Shown one piece after another: positions 18,495 to 27,885 of a stretch of 64,000 nt of DNA. The notes beneath the pieces were generated by a model that was not told where the DNA came from, did no database searches, and worked only from the letters and a program-made list of their open reading frames with translations. Made by a program: the position numbers and the translations under genes. Position 1 is the stretch's first letter; each line of letters begins with the position of its first letter. The stretch is from Thermoplasmata archaeon (GTDB taxonomy: Archaea > Thermoplasmatota > Thermoplasmata > Lutacidiplasmatales > UBA184): assembly GCA_021821785.1 (NCBI GenBank), contig JAKACD010000005.1:484-64483 (forward strand), written 5' to 3'.

Positions 18495-18744
18495 TGTTCG
18501 GGTACCTCCGGCCGGCGACCGGATTCAATACGACATAGACGTTCGGCTATTTCAAATGCGAGTTTTTTCCTCGGGGCGACCACCCCGAATGGCCCTCACA
18601 ACGCAGAACCCTGCAAAACACCCTCCGACCGCGACCGCCCCAACCCACTGAGCTGTGCTCGACCCCAGGTAAGTCTGAGCTCGCGGATCCGCGGGCCGAA
18701 GGCTCTTTTCCCTGGGGCGACGTGCGGCTCTCTCGAGACGGGAG

Positions 18745-19041
18745 ATGGGTCAGATCCGGATTTGGGCTCGGCCGGGGAGCGCCGAAGAGGCACTCGCGTG
18801 GGACCCCTGGCGCGCGCGCTGGGTCGTCTCGTGCCGTGCGCCCGCCGAATCCGGGGCGGCGAATGCGGCGATCGCTGCGTTCCTCGCAGATAGGATCGGG
18901 GTCGCAGTGACGGAGGTCCGCTGGGTCCATGCCGGTCGATCTCGCGCGAAGCAGCTCGAGGCGGCGGGTCTCTCGGACGAGGAACTGGATCGGCGACTCC
19001 GCCGGGTCGTTCCATCGAGGGACCTAGAGGAGAGTCCCTAG
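18745..19041 (+). CDS. DUF167 / YggU family protein
   Basis: IRIWARPGS, RAPAESGAANAAIAAFLA, GRSRAKQL. Confidence 0.8.
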   Translation: MGQIRIWARPGSAEEALAWDPWRARWVVSCRAPAESGAANAAIAAFLADRIGVAVTEVRWVHAGRSRAKQLEAAGLSDEELDRRLRRVVPSRDLEESP

Positions 19042-19140
19042 GGACCGAACGCCCTCGTCCGCGCGATTCTGGGCGCTCGCTCGCATTTGCGCTCGGCGGT
19101 GCCCGCTCCCTAGATAAGCGGCCGCGCCGTCCGCCGAAAC

Positions 19141-19848
19141 ATGGACTACCGCGATCGATGCGAGCGGTGCCACGCCCCCCTCGAGCTCCTTGCCGAGGCG
19201 TACCTCTGTTCCTATGACTGCACCTTCTGTCCCCACTGCGCCAGCTCGTTCCGGCACACGTGCCCGAACTGCTCCGGAGAGCTCGTACGTCGACCGCGTC
19301 GGTCGGCGCTCGGGGGCGCGGCGATAGGAAGAAGGGAGTCCTCTGAGAAGCGCGAGGGCGTTCCGCTCCCACCGTTCGGACCGGCGGAGCGCATCGGTCC
19401 GGCGGAGGTGGATGAGGTCGCGCCTCTCTTTGACGCCTACCGGCAGTTCTACCGAGAGTCCCCCGATCCCGCCCTGGCGCGGCAGTTCCTCTCGGACCGC
19501 CTTGAGCGAGGGGAGTCCACGATCTACGTCGTGCGGAGCGAGGGGCGGGCGATCGGGTTCTCGCAGCTCTATCCGATGTTCTCGTCGACGGCCTGCACCC
19601 CGCTCTGGGTGCTGAACGACCTCTACGTCGTTCCGGAGCAGAGGGGTCGCGGGGTAGCGACCCTACTGTTGGAACGGGCGAAGTCACTCGCCCGCGAGAC
19701 CGGGGCGAGCGGGGTCATCCTCGACACCGCGGTCGACAACCCCGCCCAGCACCTGTACGAAGCGCACGGCTGGCGGCAGGATCGCGCGTTTCTCCACTAC
19801 GAGTGGATGCGGGACACGGGAGATCGGGACCCGCCTACGCGAGCCTGA
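19141..19848 (+). CDS. DUF1272-GNAT acetyltransferase fusion
   Basis: N-terminal CERC...CSYDCTFC...CPNCSGELVRRPRR; C-terminal LFDAYRQFY, LNDLYVVPEQRGRGVA, TAVDN. Confidence 0.82.
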   Translation: MDYRDRCERCHAPLELLAEAYLCSYDCTFCPHCASSFRHTCPNCSGELVRRPRRSALGGAAIGRRESSEKREGVPLPPFGPAERIGPAEVDEVAPLFDAYRQFYRESPDPALARQFLSDRLERGESTIYVVRSEGRAIGFSQLYPMFSSTACTPLWVLNDLYVVPEQRGRGVATLLLERAKSLARETGASGVILDTAVDNPAQHLYEAHGWRQDRAFLHYEWMRDTGDRDPPTRA

Positions 19849-20383
19849 GCCCCGCCGAGACGAGGACATCGCCGTGCGAACGGGCGAACTCCGCGGGGCG
19901 GAGTGTCCGCGTGTCCACGAACTTGAGCTCCGTCCAGGCCGGCACGTGACCAACCTTCGCCTGGTCGATCTCCCCGTCGAAGAGGAACTCGATGTCCCAG
20001 TGGCCCCCCTGGCCCGAAGCTCGGCCCGGTCCCCAAACTTCCGAGATTACCTGAGGTCCGCTCAGCGGGATCTCCGCAAGGCCAAGCTGCTCGGAAAGGA
20101 CGCGACGCGCCGCAGCCTCCGGCGCCTCGCCGAAGATAAGGTGTGAAGAAGGGATCATCCAGCCCTTTCGATGGGACTCCACGCGCTCTCGATCCATCGC
20201 TCCAATGTGGTCCCACGCGGCGGCGGGGTCCATGTGGCCCAGGAGGACCGCCGAGGGATTCGCGCGAGACCGCAGGATCACGAACGACGAGAGGCAGAAC
20301 CCCTCTTCGGGGATCTGGTTGATGGAAATGGGCGCCACTTTGGGCGAGTTCGCGAACCTGCAGAACTTCCGGTCGGTCGTCAT
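19835..20383 (-). CDS. NUDIX-fold protein with degenerate Nudix box
   Basis: IPSSHLIFGEAPEAAARRVLSEQLG. Confidence 0.7.
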   Translation of the reverse strand: MTTDRKFCRFANSPKVAPISINQIPEEGFCLSSFVILRSRANPSAVLLGHMDPAAAWDHIGAMDRERVESHRKGWMIPSSHLIFGEAPEAAARRVLSEQLGLAEIPLSGPQVISEVWGPGRASGQGGHWDIEFLFDGEIDQAKVGHVPAWTELKFVDTRTLRPAEFARSHGDVLVSAGLRLA

Positions 20384-20658
20384 GTGCGTCGGAACTCGGG
20401 AGAGGATTAGACCTCTGTGGCACCGGACCCGAGGCTCCATGCGCCCCACCCGCGCCTCTCACGCGATCCCGGGCGTCGCTGCATCGACCTCAGGGTCGTG
20501 TCGCCCATGATTCTCAACCCGAAGGACCGGATACGATAAATCGCGGTAGCGGTACGAGTCCGCTCACGAACTCGAGCTCCCGGTCCGCCGCGCCCACGCC
20601 GCTCACTTCCGAGGCCCAAGATCCCCGAAATGCCAGTCGAGGCCTTCGGCTCCTCTTC

Positions 20659-21819
20659 GTGAGCCGACTGGCCCGCGGGATCGCTGCCGGTCTCGTGACC
20701 ATCGGGTTCCCGTACCTCGTCCTCACCGACCTCCGCACCGGCGCCTTTCTGCTCGGGCTCCTCTACGCCTTGGGCGCCTTCTCGACCGCCCTCCTTACCT
20801 ATGCGCTGGGCCGGCTCGGCAGTCGGCGGGCGCTGAGGGGATCGTATCTCGCCAGTCTGACCCTCTTGCCAATCGCGTGCGCATTGCTGGTCCTTCCGCC
20901 GGCGTTCCCGTTGGCGCTCGCGGCGAGCGTGCTGGGAGGGTTCAGCGCCACCGGCTCGCTTGCGGGCGGCGGAGTCGGCGGCGCGGCGATGCCGCTTCAG
21001 TCGGCGGTGCTCAGCGATCTCGTCGACCCGAACGACCGCACTCGCTGGTTCAGCCTCTTCACCTTCTCCGCCGGCGTCTCGGCGTCGTTCGGGGCGCTCC
21101 TGGCAGGCTTTGGGACCCTCACCGATGTGTTTGTGGCCGCCCTCATCCTAAGCCTCTTCTCGGTGCTGGTCGCGATCCCGATCCCTATCCGACCGATCGC
21201 GCGCGGTCGCCGGCCTTCCCGATCGAGCCAGGGCGTGATCCGTCGGTTCACCATCACCGGTATCTTGAACGGATTCTCCCAGGGCCTCCTCACGCCGTTC
21301 CTGATCCCGTTCTTCGTCCTGATCTTTGGCATCCACCGGTCCGAGATGGCGGTCTACACCACCGCCGCCAGCCTGCTGGGGACTTTCTCGGTGCTCGCGG
21401 CCCCCTACCTCAACCGTCGGTGGGGGTTCGTACAAGCGGTCGTCGGCACCCGGGCCGTCGCCGCGGGGGTCGTGCTCGCCATGCCGTTCGTCTCGCTCTA
21501 CCCGGCGCTGATCCTGTACATCCTGCTTCCAGCGTTCCGCGTCGCGGCCCTGCCCGCGCAGTCGGCGGCGCTGATGGACCGGCTACCTCATGCGGACCGC
21601 TCGGAAGGGGCTGGGACGAACCAGGCCGCCCGTGTGGGAGCGGCCAGCGCGGCCACGGCCTTTGGCGGGTTCGCGCTGGAGGACCTCGCCGTCTCCATAC
21701 CTTTCATCGGATACTCGGTCGCCTTGGCCGCGAACGCCTACCTCTACGTACGGTTCTTCGGCTGGCATGGAGAACGCATCCCCAGGACAGAGCAAGGTCG
21801 ACCCTCCTCGGACGGATGA
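20659..21819 (+). CDS. MFS transporter
   Basis: About 12 hydrophobic segments, GRLGSRRA and GGGVGG..MPLQSAVLSD motifs; start may lie slightly upstream. Confidence 0.8.
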   Translation: MSRLARGIAAGLVTIGFPYLVLTDLRTGAFLLGLLYALGAFSTALLTYALGRLGSRRALRGSYLASLTLLPIACALLVLPPAFPLALAASVLGGFSATGSLAGGGVGGAAMPLQSAVLSDLVDPNDRTRWFSLFTFSAGVSASFGALLAGFGTLTDVFVAALILSLFSVLVAIPIPIRPIARGRRPSRSSQGVIRRFTITGILNGFSQGLLTPFLIPFFVLIFGIHRSEMAVYTTAASLLGTFSVLAAPYLNRRWGFVQAVVGTRAVAAGVVLAMPFVSLYPALILYILLPAFRVAALPAQSAALMDRLPHADRSEGAGTNQAARVGAASAATAFGGFALEDLAVSIPFIGYSVALAANAYLYVRFFGWHGERIPRTEQGRPSSDG

Positions 21820-21944
21820 GCCTCGCCCGGGACTCCGCTTCCCCCTGCTCCGGCTTCCGGCCGAGCAGGAGGGTTCTGGACTCGATTCCTGCAGGAGAAA
21901 GATACGGAGGAACGGGTTGGCCAGCGGACCATCACACGGGGGGC

Positions 21945-22517
21945 CTAGCTGCCAGTGACTGTCACGTCGATCCCATCGACGACCGGCTGAGCCGCGTTCA
22001 GCGCCACACCGGTGTCAATGTTGAGCACAACCTGGCAGGTATTGCCGGTGGAGCTCTGCGTAGTGCATCCGATGGCTGCGGAGCTGGTGGTAAAGGTTGT
22101 CGTGGGCGTCGAGGCCGTTCCGAATTCCGACGAGACCACAAACGTGTCGGTGTAGGTCTTGCCGGCGGTGAGGGTGTTGTTCGAAGTGAAGGTGATCTGC
22201 ATGATGTAGTCCAGCGCGCTCCCACAGGCAGTAGGCGACCCGCTGAGCCAAGCCGTCACCACGGTGGTCGTCGTTCCGCTCGTCGCACTGGAGGTCGACC
22301 CGCACGTGTAGGCCGTCGTGGGGTTCCAGAACAGGGTGTCCGTTACCCCATTCCCGTAGATGGTGGTCCCGGCGGTGATAGACGACTGATTCCCATGCAC
22401 CGTCGTGCTCGTAAACCCGCCAAAGAGCCCAGCCGCAAACGTGAACCCGCTGATCACGACCAGCATGCCCACGAGAGTCGCCGCATACACCGTTCTTCGC
22501 TTCAAGAGAGGCTTCAT
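21945..22517 (-). CDS. Secreted Thr/Ser-rich surface protein
   Basis: Basic plus hydrophobic N-terminal signal, four Cys, beta-rich composition, AGGTG SD-like motif and clear TATA box. Confidence 0.75.
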   Translation of the reverse strand: MKPLLKRRTVYAATLVGMLVVISGFTFAAGLFGGFTSTTVHGNQSSITAGTTIYGNGVTDTLFWNPTTAYTCGSTSSATSGTTTTVVTAWLSGSPTACGSALDYIMQITFTSNNTLTAGKTYTDTFVVSSEFGTASTPTTTFTTSSAAIGCTTQSSTGNTCQVVLNIDTGVALNAAQPVVDGIDVTVTGS

Positions 22518-22554
22518 TGCCGCACCTGGTAACGACTAACAGGCCACGAATGTG

Positions 22555-22576
22555 TATTTATACGTATTCAATACGT
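22555..22576 (-). promoter_or_regulatory. TATA box (TATAAATA) with abutting palindrome ACGTATT-C-AATACGT
   Basis: Minus-strand TATAAATA at 22555-22562; perfect 7-1-7 inverted repeat at 22562-22576. Confidence 0.65.
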
Positions 22577-22657
22577 CTTCATAGTCGGTCGATGATGCCC
22601 CATCGAGCGAGGGAAACGGGCCCGTAGATCGGGGCGACGCACGCGGGTGGAAAGGGG

Positions 22658-23245
22658 ATGAACGACCCGGGGGAGGCGCGCGTGCCTCCAGGCACTGGCT
22701 CGCTCGCCGATGGGTTCCGGGAGAGCGTGCCGCTCATTTTGATCTCGTTCGCGTGTTTCGCCGCGGGGATTTACGCGAACGATGAGGACATCACGGTCGG
22801 GGCGGGCCACTACCCGATCGCCGGCGTGCTCATCATTCTCGCCTTCATCTCGGCGATCGGTGCCGTGCTCTCCTGGTTCTTTGCCGGTTCGGCCCGCGAC
22901 GCGGCCCTTCTAGCCTCGCGAAGATACCGAAGCCCTCGCCCCCCTCCGTGGCGCGAGCCCGAAGAGTGGGTCGGCGGGCACCCGCGACCGAGCGTGCGCA
23001 TTGACTCGACTGCCCGAGCTCGAATACCGTACACTTCACGCGAGCCCTGGGATGAGGGTCCCGCGGAAGCCCCTCCTCGCCCCCGACAGGTACGGCCCCG
23101 CCCGGGACCGGCGGCCCGAGAGACCCTCCAGGAGCTGGAGGGGATCCAGGAGGACCTGCTCGCGCACCGCGACGGACAGGGCCCGACAACCGTGACGGTC
23201 CGGCCCCGCCGCCCGCCGCTCGAACCGGAATCTCCCGAGCCCTAG
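22658..23245 (+). CDS. Hypothetical membrane protein (2 TM plus Pro/Arg-rich tail)
   Basis: Two hydrophobic helices followed by a low-complexity tail. Confidence 0.65.
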   Translation: MNDPGEARVPPGTGSLADGFRESVPLILISFACFAAGIYANDEDITVGAGHYPIAGVLIILAFISAIGAVLSWFFAGSARDAALLASRRYRSPRPPPWREPEEWVGGHPRPSVRIDSTARARIPYTSREPWDEGPAEAPPRPRQVRPRPGPAARETLQELEGIQEDLLAHRDGQGPTTVTVRPRRPPLEPESPEP

Positions 23246-23273
23246 GGTGGGACTCGGGATACGCTACCGCGCG

Positions 23274-23393
23274 CTAGTCCTTGATGACGGTGGAGAACGT
23301 GTACTTCGCCGCCTCGGCGTGGGTCATCAGGTGCTCGGTGATCTCGGTCGTCCGTAGGGTCTGGAACCCACAAACTAGGCACCGATAGAGCAT
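23274..23393 (-). CDS. 39-aa C2H2 zinc-finger micro-protein
   Basis: MLYRCLVCGFQTLRTTEITEHLMTHAEAAKYTFSTVIKD has exact C-x2-C-x12-H-x3-H spacing; not in the ORF track. Confidence 0.75.
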   Translation of the reverse strand: MLYRCLVCGFQTLRTTEITEHLMTHAEAAKYTFSTVIKD

Positions 23394-23704
23394 CAGTTCA
23401 CTCGGGCGACCACCCACTGCTCCCGAAAGGGACGATCCGGCCATGGTGGTTCAAGTAAGCGAGGCGAGGTCGAAATAGATTTCCCTGCGCGCGAGGGCCC
23501 GTGCCCCCGCGCGGGAGACACGGTTCTGCCCGAGAGTCGACTGCTTCTCGCCGCGGCCGCTCTCGTGGTCCTTCTCACGGTCCCGACGCGTACCCACCGC
23601 GAGGACAGAGCCACCTCGCGTCGCGACCCGGGGGGCCCGCCCCGAAGTGGGACCCGTCCCTTTCAACATAATATAAATACTTAGATGCAGCTAGAACTCT
23701 CGTC

Positions 23705-24271
23705 ATGCGGCTCGAGGCCAGCCTTCGGCGTGAACCGGGGGAGCGTCCGCTCCCCCGCGCGATGTTGGTCAGCGGGCCGAAGAGCCGGGGCCGGCCCCGC
23801 AAGGAGTACCGGCCTCACGTCCGGGGGCCCGAGGACGTCGAGCGGCTGCGGAAGCATCGTGTCCCCGCCCTGCTGATCACCCCGGAGTGGGTCAGCCAAT
23901 CCGGCTACCCGGTACGGTTCCGTCCCTGGCTGGCGCTGCCAGAGGGGATCTCCAACCAAGTGACGTCGGAGTACCGGATTCTCCCAGTCAAGGACCAGGA
24001 GGCCCTCCGAGAGCCGGGGATCGTGGAGCTGGTGGCGCTCCTCCTGCGCTTCGACCCGCTCGCCGCGCGATTGGTCGCAAAGCGCAACCGGGGGAAGATC
24101 GACCCGAACGAGCTCTACCGCCGGGTGCGTAACGAGGGTCTCGAACGGCCCGCGACGCGGGTCCGGCTCCAGGAGTTCGCTCCGGCGATCCCGGTGTCCG
24201 GCAAGGCACTCCCTCGCGAAGAGCTGCGCTGGATCGAACGGAACAATCCCCGTCTTGAGGAGGCTGGATGA
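23705..24271 (+). CDS. Hypothetical protein, putative antitoxin or regulator partner of the downstream nucleotidyltransferase
   Basis: 188-aa basic protein behind an AT-rich TATA (23671-23680); ATGA overlap with the next gene. Confidence 0.6.
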   Translation: MRLEASLRREPGERPLPRAMLVSGPKSRGRPRKEYRPHVRGPEDVERLRKHRVPALLITPEWVSQSGYPVRFRPWLALPEGISNQVTSEYRILPVKDQEALREPGIVELVALLLRFDPLAARLVAKRNRGKIDPNELYRRVRNEGLERPATRVRLQEFAPAIPVSGKALPREELRWIERNNPRLEEAG

Positions 24272-24846
24272 TCGAGCCCGAGGTCAAGGCCGCGGCCGAG
24301 ATCCTCCGGCGGCACGACATTCGCTACGTGGTCATCGGCGGGCAGGCGATCGCCCGTACCGCGGCGACCGCGACGCACGACATCGACGTCATGGTGGCGA
24401 CAGCCGACTTCAGTTGGACCCTCGCCCGACTGCGGACCGACACGGCGCTCGCGTTCGATTGGGAGGATCATCAGCTCGCGCGCTTTCGTATCAAGCCCGA
24501 AGGGGGGGTCCCGCTCGACGTCATCAACTCCTCGGCGTTCGCGGGCGATGCCAGCGGGGCGGAGTTCTTCCGCTTCCTCTCCGAGGAGGGTTCGACCGAG
24601 AGCGACGGGATCTCCTACGCGACCCCCGAAGTGGTCTGGTACACGCGCCTCCTCACGAAGCGCTGGAAGGCGTACGCGGAGAAAATCGTCACCAACGTGA
24701 TCGATGGCGTGGCCGCGACCCGGCTCGGGCAGGTCGAGGACATCGGGCGACGCTTCGGTATGGAGGCGAAACTCCGGGAGCGCGTGGCGTACGTCCGCGA
24801 GGAGCTCGCCCGGCCCGAGGTCGCGTCACTGGTTCGAGGTCGATAG
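24268..24846 (+). CDS. Pol-beta superfamily nucleotidyltransferase (AbiEii/DUF6036-like)
   Basis: YVVIGGQAI...ATHDIDVMV...PLDVI catalytic signature. Confidence 0.75.
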   Translation: MIEPEVKAAAEILRRHDIRYVVIGGQAIARTAATATHDIDVMVATADFSWTLARLRTDTALAFDWEDHQLARFRIKPEGGVPLDVINSSAFAGDASGAEFFRFLSEEGSTESDGISYATPEVVWYTRLLTKRWKAYAEKIVTNVIDGVAATRLGQVEDIGRRFGMEAKLRERVAYVREELARPEVASLVRGR

Positions 24847-24953
24847 CGGCCGCCCGAGCGGCGGCGAGGTTGAACCCCGGCCCCCGACCGGATCGATCCC
24901 GCGGACCTGGTAGGATCGTCGAGCCCGAAAGTCGAGCGCGGTTTTGGGCCGCT

Positions 24954-26342
24954 TCAGAGAATGATCCGCTCGTTCTGACCCGGTCGGTGGTCCAGTGAGA
25001 GTCGGTCGACGCGGTATACGTGCCCATCGAACAGGCGTGCCTCGGGTTTCCCGTCGAACTTCGCCGTGACGATCCTGCCGATCGAGTCGGCCTTCATGAC
25101 CCCGCTACCGGAATCCCCCGCTGCGAAGAGGATCCCGGCCTCCGTGTCGGCCACTACCGGGAGCCCGTCCGGGCTCACGTGGTAGTAGCCGCCCCAGGAG
25201 CTTTCGAGGCGGAGTCCGCTCGATTCGAGCTTGGGGAGGTACGGGCTGAGGGCCGGGAGGACGTCGGTCGCGAACGCGTCCCGGTCCCCCATGGCCGCCA
25301 TGCTGTAGTCGAGCCGCCCGTCCCGCGCCGGGTCCTCCCGAGTCCCGATCGGATGCGCGACCACGTCGGCGTAGCCGATCCACATCTGGCGCTGGGTGAA
25401 GATCGGTTTCAGGAACGCCCCGGTCGGCAAAATGACGAACGGGAAGCGCGGCGATCCCCCCGGAGCATCGATCGGACGTAGCGCCGGCACCCACCGAAGG
25501 AGTTCCTCGACCGCCGGACCCGAGACCGAAAAGAGGAGTTGAGGGCGGGCGCTGCAGCCGGTCGCGATCCCCAGCGGGTGGAGCAGCCGTTCGGTCCAGC
25601 CCCCCGCCGTCACCACGATCCGGTCGGCGTGGACCGTCCTCCCATCGCCGAGATGGAGGGCCGAAACGCGCAGCCGTCCTCGCATCCGTTCCTGGAATGC
25701 GAAGGGAAGCCCGGACCGCTCGTGGAGCAGGATCTCCTCTCGTCCGTCGAAGGAGAGACGCTGAACGCAGGCGTTGAACTCGAACTCGACGCCCCGCCGC
25801 TTCGCCTCCTCATAGTAGAAGTGCGCGAGCAGGTCCGGGGCGACCGCGCCGCAATTCCTTCCGAAGAGACCGCCGGTGATCGGCTCGGGGGGCGCCGCTC
25901 CGTCCCCCTCGTACCACCGCCGCGGGGCGAGGTCGAGGCCGGGGAGGGTACGCAGCACGTCAAGGTCGACCGACGTCGCATCGATCGAGCCCGCGCTTCC
26001 GGCGACGATCCCTGCGTATTCCGCACGGTGGCTCTCGGGAAGGAGCCAGAGGTAACCGTAGAGGTCGAGCAGGGGGACGGGAGTCCGCAGGTCCTCGCGC
26101 TCCGCCATCAGCGACCGGTAGAACGTGATCGCGCTCTTCGCGAGCCGGTGGTTGTCCGGGGAGCTGAAGACGTCCCGGACCATCGCATTACTCGCGCCCA
26201 TCGAGCCTTCGCCGGGACCGGCGCGAGCCTCGACGACCAGGATCGACAGCTTCGGGTCGCGGACGGCCAGGTGGTAGGCCGACGCGAGGCCCATCGCGCC
26301 CGCGCCGACGATCGCGACGTCGTACCGTCCGCCCTCCCGCAT
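24954..26342 (-). CDS. FAD-dependent oxidoreductase (DAO / sarcosine oxidase beta-like)
   Basis: DVAIVGAGAMGLASAYHL, SWGGYY, SPDGLPV, GDSGSGVMKADSIGR. Confidence 0.88.
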   Translation of the reverse strand: MREGGRYDVAIVGAGAMGLASAYHLAVRDPKLSILVVEARAGPGEGSMGASNAMVRDVFSSPDNHRLAKSAITFYRSLMAEREDLRTPVPLLDLYGYLWLLPESHRAEYAGIVAGSAGSIDATSVDLDVLRTLPGLDLAPRRWYEGDGAAPPEPITGGLFGRNCGAVAPDLLAHFYYEEAKRRGVEFEFNACVQRLSFDGREEILLHERSGLPFAFQERMRGRLRVSALHLGDGRTVHADRIVVTAGGWTERLLHPLGIATGCSARPQLLFSVSGPAVEELLRWVPALRPIDAPGGSPRFPFVILPTGAFLKPIFTQRQMWIGYADVVAHPIGTREDPARDGRLDYSMAAMGDRDAFATDVLPALSPYLPKLESSGLRLESSWGGYYHVSPDGLPVVADTEAGILFAAGDSGSGVMKADSIGRIVTAKFDGKPEARLFDGHVYRVDRLSLDHRPGQNERIIL

Positions 26343-26477
26343 CGAGAGACCCCGCCTCCCCGCCGCGCCGCCGACGATGGGGGTGGAGCGTATGAAGCCC
26401 ACCGCCGGTGGCCGAGTGTCGTCCCTCGCGCGCCCCCCTGGGGGGAGGGTATATCTCGCTCCGTCCTAGGCCGGTTT

Positions 26478-26873
26478 GTGGCGAAGGTCAAGATCGCATT
26501 CGTCTATGCGGGCCTTCGGGTCCGGAACCTCGCGCGGTCGCTCGAGTTCTACCGCCGGCTCGGGTTCCGGGTACACCGACGCGGCAAGATGGGTCACGGA
26601 GGCCTTTGGGTCCATCTCGCGTTCCCCGGGGCGGCCCAGCGCGTGGAGCTCAACTACTACCCCCGCTCCAACCGGTTCTACGAGCCGTTCCGCCGCGGCA
26701 CGGAGTTCGACCACCTCGGTTTCCGGGTCTCGAACGTCGAAGGTTGGGAGAGCGAACTTCGCCGCCGGCGCATGCCGATCGTCGCTCGCATCCGGGAGTC
26801 GGGAGAGAATATCGTCTACACCCGCGATCCGGACGGCAACTGGATCGAGTTCTTCGGTCCGGTCCCCGAATAG
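26478..26873 (+). CDS. VOC family protein
   Basis: GLRVRNLARSLEFY, VELNYY, FDHLGFRV, RDPDGNWIEF. Confidence 0.85.
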   Translation: MAKVKIAFVYAGLRVRNLARSLEFYRRLGFRVHRRGKMGHGGLWVHLAFPGAAQRVELNYYPRSNRFYEPFRRGTEFDHLGFRVSNVEGWESELRRRRMPIVARIRESGENIVYTRDPDGNWIEFFGPVPE

Positions 26874-27033
26874 GGCCCCCGGCGAACGCGACCGACGCCG
26901 CGGCGGTCCACCGGATCAAGGGGGTGGCGCCGGGCGACTGGAGTTGGGTGCGGGGCTCTATCGCTCGGGTTCTGGCCGTACCGTCGCGGAACAGGAGCGC
27001 CCCGTTCAACACACTAAAAATCGCCTAAGGGAT

Positions 27034-27260
27034 TCAGTGGCAACACGTTTCCTGACGAGGATCTCGGGTCAGGTCATAGAGATCCCCTCGGCCGTAGGTG
27101 GGGCAGGGGTACACGGAGGACGGCCGCAACGGCTCCGACAGCTGGTTCCAGTTCCCGAGCAGAACGCCGGCGCCTCCCGACCCGCCGCCGACCCGAAAGT
27201 TGAGTTCGCCGGTCCGCGTCATGGGAGTGCGACAGGGGGGGGCAGGTCGGTGCCGTCGAA
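27034..27260 (-). pseudogene. Decayed small zinc-ribbon protein gene
   Basis: PPCRTPMTRTGELNFRVGG...LGNWNQLSE...VYPCPTYGRGDLYD retains only one Cys of each expected CxxC pair. Confidence 0.4.
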
Positions 27261-27472
27261 GCGGGCGAGACGACGACCGGTTGATCGAGCGGTCAGCCAT
27301 AGCCCGAGCAGTTGGGTGACGAAGCCGGGAGATCGGAGCCACCGTTCGGGCCGGACGCCATCGCGCCTGCTGTCGCCATCGCCCAGGTATCGCTGCGTCT
27401 GACCGTGCGTCAGGTCAATGGACGATACCGTGAAGTAAGTCGTTGTGGGTGCCCGGCCAAGGGCCCCGTTGG

Positions 27473-27885
27473 ATGTCGGTGGTCGGTCCGCTACCGGGCA
27501 GATGCCCTCACTGTAGCGCGCCCCCGCCGGCGCAACCACGTGCCAGTACTGCGCCAGCGCGCTCGCCCCAGCGGGCTCGCCGACGGGGCCGTTCGGCGCG
27601 CCCCCTCCGGGTACCTTCCGTCGGGGAACGCCCTCGCCGTCGGCGAGCCCGCTCGCGGTCCCGCTCCTCATCGGCGGCGTCGTGATGGTATTGATCGGCC
27701 CCACCCTCTTGGCCACGGCGGCGGCGGTCCACCAGTCGGTCTCTTCCTTCAATCAGGCCTGCGCCCAGAACTCGCTCTGTCAGCCGCAGCCCGACCCCAG
27801 CGGAGGCATGACCGCGGGCGGTGTACTGCTCCGGGTCATCGCAGTCCTCCTCGTCGCGGTCGGAGTGTCACGATATCGGTCGTAA
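27473..27885 (+). pseudogene. Frameshifted zinc-ribbon plus 2-TM membrane protein
   Basis: CPHCSAP in one frame continues as AGATTCQYCASALAP in another across the C5 run at 27521-27525; similar to the intact gene at 60682. Confidence 0.7.
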
